A DNA stretch of 64,000 bases, from the NCBI GenBank assembly GCA_934153675.1, contig CAKPFG010000002.1, positions 107,748 to 171,747 of the forward strand, given 5' to 3'. The position numbers and the translations under genes are program-made. The stretch is from an uncultured Bacilli bacterium. GTDB taxonomy: Bacteria; Bacillota_I; Bacilli_A; RF39; UBA660. This document shows, one piece after another, positions 30,484 through 40,084 of the stretch (position 1 is its first letter; the number at the start of each line of letters is the position of its first letter). Below the pieces are notes generated by a model, which saw nothing but the letters and a program-made list of their open reading frames with translations, did no database searches and was not told the DNA's origin.

Positions 30484-31125
30484 ATGGAAAAAGTTTTTCC
30501 TAAGATATTTTTATGGATGTTTTTGGGACTTTTGATAACGTTTGGTGTTGGTTATTTTGTTTCATTGAATGAAAATGTGATGTATAATCTATTTTCAGGT
30601 TATAAATATATAGTTGTATGGATTGTGGAATTAGTTGTAGTTATAGTACTTAGTGCTAGAATAAATAAGCTTAGTGTGATGACAGCAAGAATTTTATTTA
30701 TTATGTATTCATTACTTACAGGGCTTACTATTTCAACTATATTTGTTGTATATTCGATTGATTCAATTCTTTATGTATTTTTAATTACATCTATATTATT
30801 TTTAGTATTTGGTATAATTGGTTATTTTACTAAAATAGATTTATCAAAATTAGGAGTAATATTAATGATGATGTTATTTGGATCTTTAATTTGTATTATT
30901 ATTAACATGTTTATAAATAATCAAACATTTGATTTAGTATTATCTATAATAATGGTAATTATATTTTTAGGATATATTGCTTACGACATTAACGTTATTA
31001 AAAGAAGATTATACGGAATAGATGATGAAGATAAATTAGCAATTTATGGTGCTTTACAACTTTATCTAGATTTTATTAATTTATTCTTAAGATTATTAGA
31101 TTTATTTGGAAAAAATAATGATTGA
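30484..31125 (+). CDS. Bax inhibitor-1/YccA family membrane protein
   Basis: Seven TM segments. C-terminal ...AIYGALQLYLDFINLFLRLLDLFG is typical of the BI-1 family. Confidence 0.8.
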   Translation: MEKVFPKIFLWMFLGLLITFGVGYFVSLNENVMYNLFSGYKYIVVWIVELVVVIVLSARINKLSVMTARILFIMYSLLTGLTISTIFVVYSIDSILYVFLITSILFLVFGIIGYFTKIDLSKLGVILMMMLFGSLICIIINMFINNQTFDLVLSIIMVIIFLGYIAYDINVIKRRLYGIDDEDKLAIYGALQLYLDFINLFLRLLDLFGKNND

Positions 31126-31211
31126 TGTTGCATTAATCTTTTTTTTTTGATAAAATATGTAGGAACTTAAATTTCTATGGCAATTATTGTCATGGCGGAA
31201 GGAGAGAAAAA

Positions 31212-31424
31212 ATGAAAAAGGGAATACATCCAAATTATATTGATACTAAAGTAATTTGTGCTTGTGGTAATACGTTTACTGTAAAGTCAAATAAAGAAGA
31301 ATTACATTTAGAAGTTTGTAATGAATGCCATCCTTTTTATAAAGGTGGGAAAGGTGTTTCAACTTCTAAGGCTGGACGTATTGAAAAATTTAATCGTAAA
31401 TACGGTTTAAATAAAGAAGCATAA
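31212..31424 (+). CDS. rpmE: 50S ribosomal protein L31 (Cys-containing type A)
   Basis: MKKGIHPNY..., CACGN...CNECHPFYKG. Confidence 0.95.
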   Translation: MKKGIHPNYIDTKVICACGNTFTVKSNKEELHLEVCNECHPFYKGGKGVSTSKAGRIEKFNRKYGLNKEA

Positions 31425-31484
31425 AAAATATGCTTTTTTTGTATATTTTTTTAAATTGATATAAATAATAATATTGGTGATATA

Positions 31485-32216
31485 ATGAATCTATTTAATG
31501 TTGATTTAAAGGAACTTTTTGATGTATTGATTAGAGCTTTATTATCATTAATTACCCTTTTTTTAGTAACTAAAATGCTTGGAAAAAAACAAGTATCGCA
31601 ATTGTCATTGTTTGATTATGTAATAGGAATTTCCATTGGTAATTTTGCTGCTGAAATGACTATTAATCTTGAATCACAAGAAATAAATGGTATTTTTGCA
31701 GTAGTGATTTTTGGATTTGTTGCATATTTAATTTCTATTTTAACAATGAAAAGTATTAGAATGAGAAGATATTTTATAGGAACGCCTAGTATTATTATTA
31801 ATAAAGGTAAATTTAATGAAAACAATTTAAGAAAATATAAAATGGATATTAATGATGTTTTAGAGCAGTGTAGATTAAATGGATATTTTGATATTAGTCA
31901 AATCGAATATGCAATTTTAGAAGCTAGTGGTGAGCTTAGTATTTTGCCTAAAACTGATTATAGACCAGTTAATTTAAATGATATGAAATTAAAAATTCCA
32001 AAGGAAGGATTGTGTGCTAATGTAATAATTGATGGTAAAATTATGTATGATAATTTACAATTAATAAAAAAAGATAAGCAGTGGTTGTTACAACAATTAA
32101 AAATAAAAGGTTATACATCTTTTTCAAATATATTACTTTCTACTGTTGATATTAATGAAAAAGTGATGATTTATAACAAAAGTATTAATGCCAAGGAACA
32201 CGATTTTTTAGAGTAA
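31485..32216 (+). CDS. DUF421 (YetF-like) membrane protein
   Basis: LGKKQVSQLSLFDYVIGISIGNFAAE is the DUF421 hallmark. Three TM segments plus a soluble C-domain. Confidence 0.75.
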   Translation: MNLFNVDLKELFDVLIRALLSLITLFLVTKMLGKKQVSQLSLFDYVIGISIGNFAAEMTINLESQEINGIFAVVIFGFVAYLISILTMKSIRMRRYFIGTPSIIINKGKFNENNLRKYKMDINDVLEQCRLNGYFDISQIEYAILEASGELSILPKTDYRPVNLNDMKLKIPKEGLCANVIIDGKIMYDNLQLIKKDKQWLLQQLKIKGYTSFSNILLSTVDINEKVMIYNKSINAKEHDFLE

Positions 32217-32325
32217 AATTTCATTTTACATAATTTAACATAGGTTTTTAATTTAAATTTTTAAAAATTTCTTTACATTTTTCTTTATTGTGATATAATT
32301 GATGAGTGATTAGGAAGTGTTATAT

Positions 32326-34131
32326 ATGAAAAAGAAAAATATTGCTATTATTGCTCACGTAGATCATGGTAAGACAACATTAGTTGATAAATTACTTCAA
32401 GCTTCTGGAACTTTTCGTGATAATGAAAATGTTCAAGAACGTGTTATGGATTCTAATGATATAGAACGTGAACGTGGTATTACTATTTTAGCCAAAACTA
32501 CGGCTATTAATTATAAAGGCTATAGAATAAATATATTGGATACACCAGGTCATGCTGATTTTGGTGGGGAAGTTGAACGTATTATGAATATGGTGGATAG
32601 TGTTTTACTAGTTGTAGATGCATATGAAGGCACAATGCCACAAACACGATTTGTTTTAAAAAAAGCATTAGAAGCACATGTAAAACCTATTGTTGTTGTT
32701 AATAAAATAGATAAACCAGCTGCTCGTCCAAAAGAGGTAATTGATGAGGTAATGGAATTATTTATTGATTTGGGTGCAGATATAGAAGATTTAGATTTTC
32801 CAAGGGTTTATGTATCAGCAATAAATGGTACATCAAGTTTTTCTCCTGATATTTCTACTCAGGAGCGTGATATGACTAAAGTTCTTGACCTTATAATAGA
32901 AAACGCTTTAGACCCTAAAGTTAGTGAAGGTTCTTTACAATTTCAACCAGCTTTACTTGATTATAATGATTTCGTTGGAAGGATTGGTATTGGTCTTGTT
33001 AAAAGAGGTAATATAAAATTGAATCAAATGGTAAGTTGTGTTAGAACGGATGGTACTATAAAACAGTTTAGAATAGCAAAAATGTATGGATTCTTAGGCC
33101 TTAAAAGAATAGAAATAGAAAGTGCAGAGGCAGGAGATATTATTGCTATAGCAGGATTACCAGATATTTCTGTTGGTGAAACTGTATGTGAGGTAGGTAA
33201 GGAAGAAGCACTTCCGTTACTTAGAATAGATGAGCCTACATTACAAATGAACTTTGGTGTTAATACTAGTCCATTTTGTGGACGTGATGGGAAGTTAGTA
33301 ACTGCTCGTAAAATTGAGGAAAGACTATTTAAAGAAACTGAAAGAGATGTATCTTTAAAGGTGGAACAATATGATAATGAAACCTGGACAGTGTCAGGAC
33401 GTGGAGAACTTCATTTAGGAATATTAATAGAAAATATGCGTCGTGAAGGCTATGAACTTCAAGTTTCAAAACCTGAAGTAATTGTGAAGGAAATTGATGG
33501 GGTTAAATGTGAACCATATGAGGAGTTACAAATTGAGTGTCCTGAAGATTGTGTTGGTAACATTATAGAGCAATTAGGTACACGTGGTGCTAATATGATT
33601 AATATGAGTAATGTAAATGGTCATACGAGACTTTTATATGATATTCCGTCAAGAGGACTTATTGGCTTTACTACTGATTTTATGACAACAACTAAAGGTT
33701 ATGGTGTAATGAATCATTCCTTTAAAGAATACAAACCATTTGAAAATGTTGATATTGGAGAAAGAAAACTAGGTGTTTTAGTTTCTATGGATAATGGAAA
33801 ATCAACAGCTTATGCTTTAGGTGGTTTGGAAGATCGCGGTATAATGTTTATTGAACCAGGCGAAGAAATATATGAGGGTATGATAGTTGGAGAACATTCA
33901 AGGGAAAATGATTTGGCTGTTAATGTTATAAAAGGTAAAAATTTAACTAATACAAGAAGTGCTGGTAAGGACCATACAGTTGTATTAAAAAGGCCAAGGA
34001 CAATTACTTTAGAGTATGCATTAGATTATATTAATTCAGATGAACTTGTTGAGGTTACTCCAAATCATATTAGACTTAGAAAGAAAATTTTAAATACTGA
34101 AATTAGAAAAAAATATGATAGTAAAAAATAG
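32326..34131 (+). CDS. typA: translational GTPase TypA/BipA
   Basis: IAIIAHVDHGKTTLVD, DTPGHADFGGE, NKID, EF-G-like domains. An extended -10 promoter TGATATAAT lies at 32291..32299. Confidence 0.95.
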   Translation: MKKKNIAIIAHVDHGKTTLVDKLLQASGTFRDNENVQERVMDSNDIERERGITILAKTTAINYKGYRINILDTPGHADFGGEVERIMNMVDSVLLVVDAYEGTMPQTRFVLKKALEAHVKPIVVVNKIDKPAARPKEVIDEVMELFIDLGADIEDLDFPRVYVSAINGTSSFSPDISTQERDMTKVLDLIIENALDPKVSEGSLQFQPALLDYNDFVGRIGIGLVKRGNIKLNQMVSCVRTDGTIKQFRIAKMYGFLGLKRIEIESAEAGDIIAIAGLPDISVGETVCEVGKEEALPLLRIDEPTLQMNFGVNTSPFCGRDGKLVTARKIEERLFKETERDVSLKVEQYDNETWTVSGRGELHLGILIENMRREGYELQVSKPEVIVKEIDGVKCEPYEELQIECPEDCVGNIIEQLGTRGANMINMSNVNGHTRLLYDIPSRGLIGFTTDFMTTTKGYGVMNHSFKEYKPFENVDIGERKLGVLVSMDNGKSTAYALGGLEDRGIMFIEPGEEIYEGMIVGEHSRENDLAVNVIKGKNLTNTRSAGKDHTVVLKRPRTITLEYALDYINSDELVEVTPNHIRLRKKILNTEIRKKYDSKK

Positions 34132-34142
34132 AGAAAATAATT

Positions 34143-34367
34143 TTATTTCTCTATTTTTTTAAAAAAATCTGTAATATCTACGTCAAGTGCAATTGCTATT
34201 TGTTCTAAGGTATCTATTGAAATGGTTTGTCTCGTTTTTGATTCCAATTTAGCGATAAAGCTATCGCTTAAATAAAGTCGACTAGCCAAATCATGTTGTT
34301 TTAAGCCTTTTTGTAATCTATATTTTTTAATATTTTTACCTATTGTATTATATATATCATTTTCCAT
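34143..34367 (-). CDS. XRE-family helix-turn-helix transcriptional regulator (74 aa)
   Basis: IGKNIKKYRLQKGLKQHDLASRLYLSDSFIAKLE is a classic Cro/C1 HTH. It is one of very few minus-strand genes. Confidence 0.85.
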   Translation of the reverse strand: MENDIYNTIGKNIKKYRLQKGLKQHDLASRLYLSDSFIAKLESKTRQTISIDTLEQIAIALDVDITDFFKKIEK

Positions 34368-34609
34368 AAAATCCCTCGATATCTTAAATATATTTTCTCA
34401 TGAAAATGTTAGAAATATTATAGACAAATAGTCCATAATATTTTGTCGCATTAAAGATTTTAGATAAATATGTTAATTTATTGTTTAATATTTTATTTTT
34501 GATAGTTATAATTGTTACTTTTTTTATTAATAATTCCTAAATAATAGATTTATTAATAAAAATGTGATAAGATAAATATGTATTATGTTTTAAAAAAGGT
34601 GATAAAAAT

Positions 34610-35395
34610 ATGGCAAAAATAATTGCATTTGTTAATCAAAAAGGAGGAGTAGGTAAAACTACTTCAAGTATTAATTTAGCTGCATCATTAGGATTACTTG
34701 GAAAAAAGACATTGTTGATAGATTTAGACCCTCAGGGTAATAGTACTACTGGAGTTGGTGTTAATAAAGGGGAAAATAAAGCTAGTGTATATGAGCTTTT
34801 TGTTTCTAAGGCTGATATAAAAGACGTTATTGTTAAAACTGCTTTTAAGAATTTATATGTTATTCCTGCCTCAATAAATCTAGCTGGTGTGGATATGGAA
34901 CTTATGGAGTTATCAAGACAAGATCCATCTTTTATTGCACAGTTACAATTAAAAGATAAATTGCAAATTGTTAAAGATGCTTTTGACTTTATAATTTTAG
35001 ATTGTCCACCTTCATTGGGCTTAATAACAACTAATGCACTGGCAGCTTCAGATAGTGTAATAATACCTGTTCAATGTGAATTTTTTGCACTTGAGGGTAT
35101 TATGCAACTTTTAAATTCTATTATGATTGCACAAAAAAAATTAAATCCTACTTTGGATATAGAAGGAGTTTTATTAACCATGCTTGATAATAGAACCAAT
35201 CTTGGACTAGAAGTAGTAGAAGAAATAAAAAGTTATTTCAAGGACAAAGTTTATGATACAATAATTCCTAGATTAGTTAGATTATCAGAGGCTCCAAGTC
35301 ATGGAAAACCAATTCATGCTTATGATCCAAAAAGTAGAGGAACAGAAGCATATATTAATTTAGCTAAAGAGGTGATTACAAAAAATGGAAACTAA
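34610..35395 (+). CDS. parA: chromosome partitioning ATPase ParA/Soj
   Basis: Deviant Walker A NQKGGVGKTT, DLDPQGN, ILDCPPS. Confidence 0.93.
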   Translation: MAKIIAFVNQKGGVGKTTSSINLAASLGLLGKKTLLIDLDPQGNSTTGVGVNKGENKASVYELFVSKADIKDVIVKTAFKNLYVIPASINLAGVDMELMELSRQDPSFIAQLQLKDKLQIVKDAFDFIILDCPPSLGLITTNALAASDSVIIPVQCEFFALEGIMQLLNSIMIAQKKLNPTLDIEGVLLTMLDNRTNLGLEVVEEIKSYFKDKVYDTIIPRLVRLSEAPSHGKPIHAYDPKSRGTEAYINLAKEVITKNGN

Positions 35396-36263
35396 AAAAA
35401 GAGCATTGGGCATAGGGTTAGAACAATTATTTAATAATGAAAATTTGGATTTACAAAGTTTTGAACAACATGTATACGAAACTACTAATAAAGAAGAAAT
35501 AATAGAAGTATCCCTTTCTTCTTTAAGACCTAATCCATATCAACCAAGAAAAGTATTTGAAGAAAGTGCATTAACAGATCTTGCGAGTTCTATAAAAGAA
35601 CATGGCGTTTTTCAACCAATAATTATTAAAAAAAGCATTAAAGGATATGAAATAATTGCTGGTGAAAGAAGGGTTAGAGCTTCTAAATTAGCTGGCCTTG
35701 ATAAGATACCTGCTATTGTTAGAAATTTAAATGATGAACAAATGATGGAAATAGCTCTACTTGAAAATTTGCAAAGAGAGAATTTGAGTGCAATAGAAGA
35801 AGCGAAGGCTTACAAATCAATGATAGAAAATTTACATTTAACGCAGGAACAACTGGCATTGAAAATTGGAAAAAGTAGAAGTCATATTACCAATATACTG
35901 GGACTTTTGCGATTACCAGATGAAGTCCAAAATTTAGTGGTTAATAAAAAAATAAGTATGGGACATGCTAGAGTTTTAAGTAAGTTGGAAAATGATGAAA
36001 AAATAATTGAAATGGCAAAAGAAATAGTTGATAAAAAATTACCAGTTAGGAATGTAGAAGATTTATCTGCAAATAGTGAAAAAAAAGTAAAAAATATAAG
36101 ACATCATTCTAATATTAATAATTCTTATGCTCATGTGGAAGAAATGTTAAAAGAAAAATTGGATACTAAAGTAAGAATTAAAGATAATAAAATAGAAATA
36201 TCATTTACTAATGTAGCAGATTTAAATAGAATTTTAGATATGATTAATATTGGAGGAGAGTAG
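35385..36263 (+). CDS. parB: chromosome partitioning protein ParB/Spo0J
   Basis: ParB box GERRVRASKLAG, HTH LTQEQLALKIGKSRSHITN, overlaps parA stop. Confidence 0.93.
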   Translation: METKKRALGIGLEQLFNNENLDLQSFEQHVYETTNKEEIIEVSLSSLRPNPYQPRKVFEESALTDLASSIKEHGVFQPIIIKKSIKGYEIIAGERRVRASKLAGLDKIPAIVRNLNDEQMMEIALLENLQRENLSAIEEAKAYKSMIENLHLTQEQLALKIGKSRSHITNILGLLRLPDEVQNLVVNKKISMGHARVLSKLENDEKIIEMAKEIVDKKLPVRNVEDLSANSEKKVKNIRHHSNINNSYAHVEEMLKEKLDTKVRIKDNKIEISFTNVADLNRILDMINIGGE

Positions 36264-36264
36264 A

Positions 36265-37044
36265 TTGTTTAGTAAGGCATTTGTACAGGCAATAGTTGTT
36301 TTGATATTGTGTTTGATATTGTGTTATATATCAAAAAAAATTATTAGTAAATTACTTCGTATTAAATCAAGTAAAATACCAAAAAATAGACAAAAAAGTA
36401 TTATTAGTCTTATTAGTAATGTTGCTAGAGTATTTATTATTTTTATATCTATAACAATAATTTTAGAAGGATATGGGATTGATACTAAATCATTTATTAC
36501 CTCGCTTGGAGTATTTAGTTTGGTAATAGGACTTGCTTTACAAGACTTACTTAAAGATTTAATTACTGGATTTTCAATTATATTAGAGGGTCACTTTAAT
36601 ATTGGAGATTGGGTTTTAATTAATTCATTTAAAGGTGAAGTAATATCTTGTAGTTTGCGTACAACAAAAATTAAAGCGTATACTGGTGAAATTAAGGTGA
36701 TTTCAAACAGAAATATTACAGAGCTCATTAACTATAGTATGGATGATTGTATATCTATTGTTGATGTTGAGGTTGCATATGAAGAAAATCTTGATAATGT
36801 AGATACAATTATTAAAAATATGTGTAATGAATTTAAGAACGAAAAATTTGTTCATAATATTGATTTTTTAGGGCTTAATACTATTGGTTCAAATGGATTA
36901 GAATTTAGACTAGCGATAAAGAGTAGCTATTCTAATTCATTTGCTATTACTAGAAATTTAAAAAGAAAAATAGTAGATACTTTTGAGGAAAATAATATTA
37001 CAATTCCATATCAACAGGTGGTGCTTCATAATGCAAAATTATAA
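36265..37044 (+). CDS. mechanosensitive ion channel (MscS family)
   Basis: Three TM segments, then LALQDLLKDLITGFSIILEGHFNIGDWVLI (MscS pore/beta-domain signature). TTG 36265 with GGAGGAG SD preferred. Confidence 0.8.
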   Translation: MFSKAFVQAIVVLILCLILCYISKKIISKLLRIKSSKIPKNRQKSIISLISNVARVFIIFISITIILEGYGIDTKSFITSLGVFSLVIGLALQDLLKDLITGFSIILEGHFNIGDWVLINSFKGEVISCSLRTTKIKAYTGEIKVISNRNITELINYSMDDCISIVDVEVAYEENLDNVDTIIKNMCNEFKNEKFVHNIDFLGLNTIGSNGLEFRLAIKSSYSNSFAITRNLKRKIVDTFEENNITIPYQQVVLHNAKL

Positions 37045-37213
37045 ATTAGGTAGTACAGTAATAATGAAAAAAAACCATCCTTGTGGAGAAAATGTATTTA
37101 ATATTACAAGAGTAGGTGCGGATATAAAAATAAAGTGTGAGAAGTGTGGTAGAACGATTATGCTTTCCCGTCTAGATTTTAATAAAAAATTGAAGAAAGT
37201 TGTATCTTTTTAG
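37031..37213 (+). CDS. DUF951 family protein (YyzM-like)
   Basis: 60 aa, ...MKKNHPCGENVF.ITRVGADIKIKCEKCGR.IML.R. Conserved DUF951 pattern and spo0J-proximal position as yyzM. Confidence 0.75.
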   Translation: MQNYKLGSTVIMKKNHPCGENVFNITRVGADIKIKCEKCGRTIMLSRLDFNKKLKKVVSF

Positions 37214-37224
37214 GAGGATTTAGT

Positions 37225-38736
37225 ATGTCTAAGAAAACAGAAAGAATGAAAAGAAACCTGAAAAAACAGGGACCTATAACAACTATTATTATATTGTGTT
37301 TAATAATAGCTTTATTCAGTCTTATATTAAATTTATTTAAAATTAGTGGTAATATAACTGAGGCGGGAACACTTGAAACTTCATTAATTACAGTTAATAA
37401 TATATTTAGTAAGGATGGGGTTAAATATCTTTTAAATAACTCTATTATTAATTTTTCTTTGATGAATTGCTTAATATATGTTATTATGTCATTGATAGCT
37501 GTTTCTATGCTGGAATCTAGTGGTTTGTTAAACTATATATTATCTTTTTTTAAAAAAATAAAACCTAAATATGTTACATTAATATTTATTTTTATTGGTA
37601 TAGTTTCAACTTTATTAGGGGATTTTAGCTATGCATTATTATTGCCTTTAGCTGGTGTTTCTTATAAGATACTTGGACGAAATCCATCACTTGGTATTAT
37701 AACTATGTTTGTAGGAATAACGATAGGTTATGGGACTGGTATTGTACCAAATTATCAAGATTATCTATTAGGACAAATAACTACCAAATCAGCAACTAGT
37801 ATTGATGCTAATTATAATTATTATTTGTTTTCGAACTATTTTATATCTCTATCTAGTGTTTTAATATTAACTATATCATCAACTATTTTGATAGAAAAAA
37901 CGTTGAGTAAAAAACTTGGAAGATATGATTATTGTGATAATTCTAAATTGTCAAAAAAAGCATTTGTTGTAACTTCAATAGTATTTTTTCTGTTTCTATT
38001 CTTGATTATATATTCTTTGATACCAAAAATGCCTTTTTCCGGCATGTTGTTGAATGATAATTCAAATATATATGTGGTTCGTGTATTTGGTACATCTTCA
38101 GCGTTTGGTAATGGATATCCTCTTGTTATAGTAGGCATTTTTATAATTTGTAGTTATATATATGGTAGAATATCAGGTAATATTAGAAATAGTAATGATA
38201 CTACCTATTGTTTAACTAGATCTTTTGAAAATACAGGATATATATTTGTTTTACTTTTTTTTGCCTCTATTATGACTGGACTTTTAGAATGGTCTAATAT
38301 TGGTAGGGTAATTGCTACTAATATAGTAGATTTTATTGGTAGTTTAAATTTTAGTGGAGTTTCTTTAATATTTGTAATATTCCTAGCTATTATTATTATT
38401 TCAATATTAATACCAACAGCACTTGTAAAATGGAGTGTAATCGCACCGGTATTTGTTCCTGTTCTTATGAGAGCAAATATAACCCCGTCCTTTGCTCAGA
38501 CAATATTTGCATCTGCTGATGCTGTTGGAAAATTGTTTTCACCTATATATATATATTTAATAATTGCGATAGGATTTTTATACAAACATGACAAAAATAT
38601 GAATACAAGTATATTTAGTACAATGAAAAAAATGATGCCAACTATACTTTTATTGTCCTTAATTTATTTAATAATTATTTTAGGATGGTATTTAATTGGT
38701 TTACCACTTGGAATAAATTCAAATATAACAATGTAA
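37225..38736 (+). CDS. AbgT-family transporter
   Basis: 503-aa polytopic protein. By-eye alignment to E. coli AbgT: VNNIFSKDGVKYLLNNSIINFS / VKNLLSVEGLHWFLPNVIKNFS; WSVIAPVFVPVLMRANITPSFAQTIF / WSILAPIFVPMFMLLGFHPAFAQILF; GWYLIGLPLG / AWYLVGLPIG. Confidence 0.8.
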   Translation: MSKKTERMKRNLKKQGPITTIIILCLIIALFSLILNLFKISGNITEAGTLETSLITVNNIFSKDGVKYLLNNSIINFSLMNCLIYVIMSLIAVSMLESSGLLNYILSFFKKIKPKYVTLIFIFIGIVSTLLGDFSYALLLPLAGVSYKILGRNPSLGIITMFVGITIGYGTGIVPNYQDYLLGQITTKSATSIDANYNYYLFSNYFISLSSVLILTISSTILIEKTLSKKLGRYDYCDNSKLSKKAFVVTSIVFFLFLFLIIYSLIPKMPFSGMLLNDNSNIYVVRVFGTSSAFGNGYPLVIVGIFIICSYIYGRISGNIRNSNDTTYCLTRSFENTGYIFVLLFFASIMTGLLEWSNIGRVIATNIVDFIGSLNFSGVSLIFVIFLAIIIISILIPTALVKWSVIAPVFVPVLMRANITPSFAQTIFASADAVGKLFSPIYIYLIIAIGFLYKHDKNMNTSIFSTMKKMMPTILLLSLIYLIIILGWYLIGLPLGINSNITM

Positions 38737-38743
38737 TTTCTAT

Positions 38744-38782
38744 AAGAGTATTGATACATTTCAATACTCTTTTCTTTTTTTA
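38744..38782 (+). terminator. intrinsic terminator after abgT-like gene
   Basis: AAGAGTATTGA (38744..38754) pairs with TCAATACTCTT (38761..38771), 6-nt loop, then TTCTTTTTTT. Confidence 0.8.
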
Positions 38783-38818
38783 TAGATTGTGATATTATGA
38801 ATATGAAAGGTAGAATAT

Positions 38819-40084
38819 ATGAAAAATAAAAAAGCATTTACATTAATAGAATTAATAGCCGTATTAGTAATACTAGCTATATTAGCACTAATAGTAACCC
38901 CAATTGTATTAAATATCGTAAAACACTCTAAGGAATCAGCTAATAAAAGAAGTGTTGATGCATACGGAAAAAGTATAGAACTTGCCGTAGCTAATTATTT
39001 ACTAGATAAAGGAGAATTTCCAACAAACATAAGTGATTTAAAAATTGAATACTCAGGGGAAGAGGTTATATGTAATATTTCTCTATTAAATGAAGATTCA
39101 AGTGTATACTTATCAGAATGCAAAGTAGGAAGTAGTGATGTAAAGGATAAAAATACTAGCGATGGATGGTATCACTATGGTAAAAAAAGTTTAACTAATG
39201 AAGAATATGTTGATATGTATGGAAAATCATTAGAAAAAGCTATCAGTGAATATAAAGCAAGTAATAATAAATTACCAGAAGATTATCAAACTTTAAAGTT
39301 AGATTATAATTTAAAAAGTATCAAATGTAATGTTACCATTAATTATGATGGTACGGTATATTTAACAGAATGTATTCTTGATAAAAAAGAAGTAAAAGAT
39401 TCAAATAATGAAGATGGATATTATCACTATGGAAAAATAAAGTATAAAGCCTATAAAATAGGCGATGAAATAACATATAATGGTATTAATTTTTATGTTA
39501 TAGAAAATAGTGATGAGAATAGTGATTCTGTAACACTACTAAAAAGAGAACCATTAACAGTAGCTGAAGTAAATAAATATGGTGTAGGACATGTTAATGT
39601 CAATGTCTATTCGGATTATAAAGGGACAGCCTATGATGATAATGGATACGGAGGAATGGCATACTATTCAAGTTCAACATGTGGATATAATGGTTCTAAA
39701 TGGATAGGTACAGGATGTACGACAGATTATGCAAAAAGCGAAGTAAAATATGTAGTTGATGCATGGGTATTAGATAAACTAAAGGCAAGTGACCTAAAAG
39801 AGGATAAAACCGGCTATAGTGCAAGATTAATAACATATAATGAATTGACAAGCAACTTAGGATATCAAAAGACAAATGATTCACCGCTTCCACCATCAAG
39901 CAATGGAGAAACCCCAAGTTGGGTATATAATAGTAGCCATAGGTATTGGACGATGAGTCAATGGGGAGATTTCCCTCCTAACGTGTGGACTGTGGGCGGC
40001 AATGGCAACCTGTATAGCTCCTATGAGAGTAACTACGACGGTTCCGTGCGCCCCGTTATAACCCTCTTAAAATCTGCTATCTAA
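38819..40084 (+). CDS. prepilin-type N-terminal cleavage/methylation domain protein with two tandem pilin-like repeats and a lectin-like (DUF1566-like) C-terminal domain
   Basis: MKNKKA|FTLIELIAVLVILAILALIV is a class III (type IV pilin) signal with Glu+5. Two ~78-aa repeats follow. The C-terminus ...ARLITYNELTSNLG...YWTMS...VWTVGGNGN...VRPVI resembles the DUF1566/C-type-lectin-like pattern (wrLPt.EL...YWSst...W.v.f..G......vRcVR). Confidence 0.7.
   Translation: MKNKKAFTLIELIAVLVILAILALIVTPIVLNIVKHSKESANKRSVDAYGKSIELAVANYLLDKGEFPTNISDLKIEYSGEEVICNISLLNEDSSVYLSECKVGSSDVKDKNTSDGWYHYGKKSLTNEEYVDMYGKSLEKAISEYKASNNKLPEDYQTLKLDYNLKSIKCNVTINYDGTVYLTECILDKKEVKDSNNEDGYYHYGKIKYKAYKIGDEITYNGINFYVIENSDENSDSVTLLKREPLTVAEVNKYGVGHVNVNVYSDYKGTAYDDNGYGGMAYYSSSTCGYNGSKWIGTGCTTDYAKSEVKYVVDAWVLDKLKASDLKEDKTGYSARLITYNELTSNLGYQKTNDSPLPPSSNGETPSWVYNSSHRYWTMSQWGDFPPNVWTVGGNGNLYSSYESNYDGSVRPVITLLKSAI
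38951..39439 (+). repeat. in-frame tandem duplication (two ~78-codon units) inside the pilin-like gene
   Basis: Unit 1 is aa 45-123 (38951..39187) and unit 2 is aa 130-207 (39206..39439). Shared pattern: VDxYGKS(I/L)E.A...Y......P.....L...Y......C......D..VYL(S/T)EC......VKD.N..DG(W/Y)YHYGK. Confidence 0.8.
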
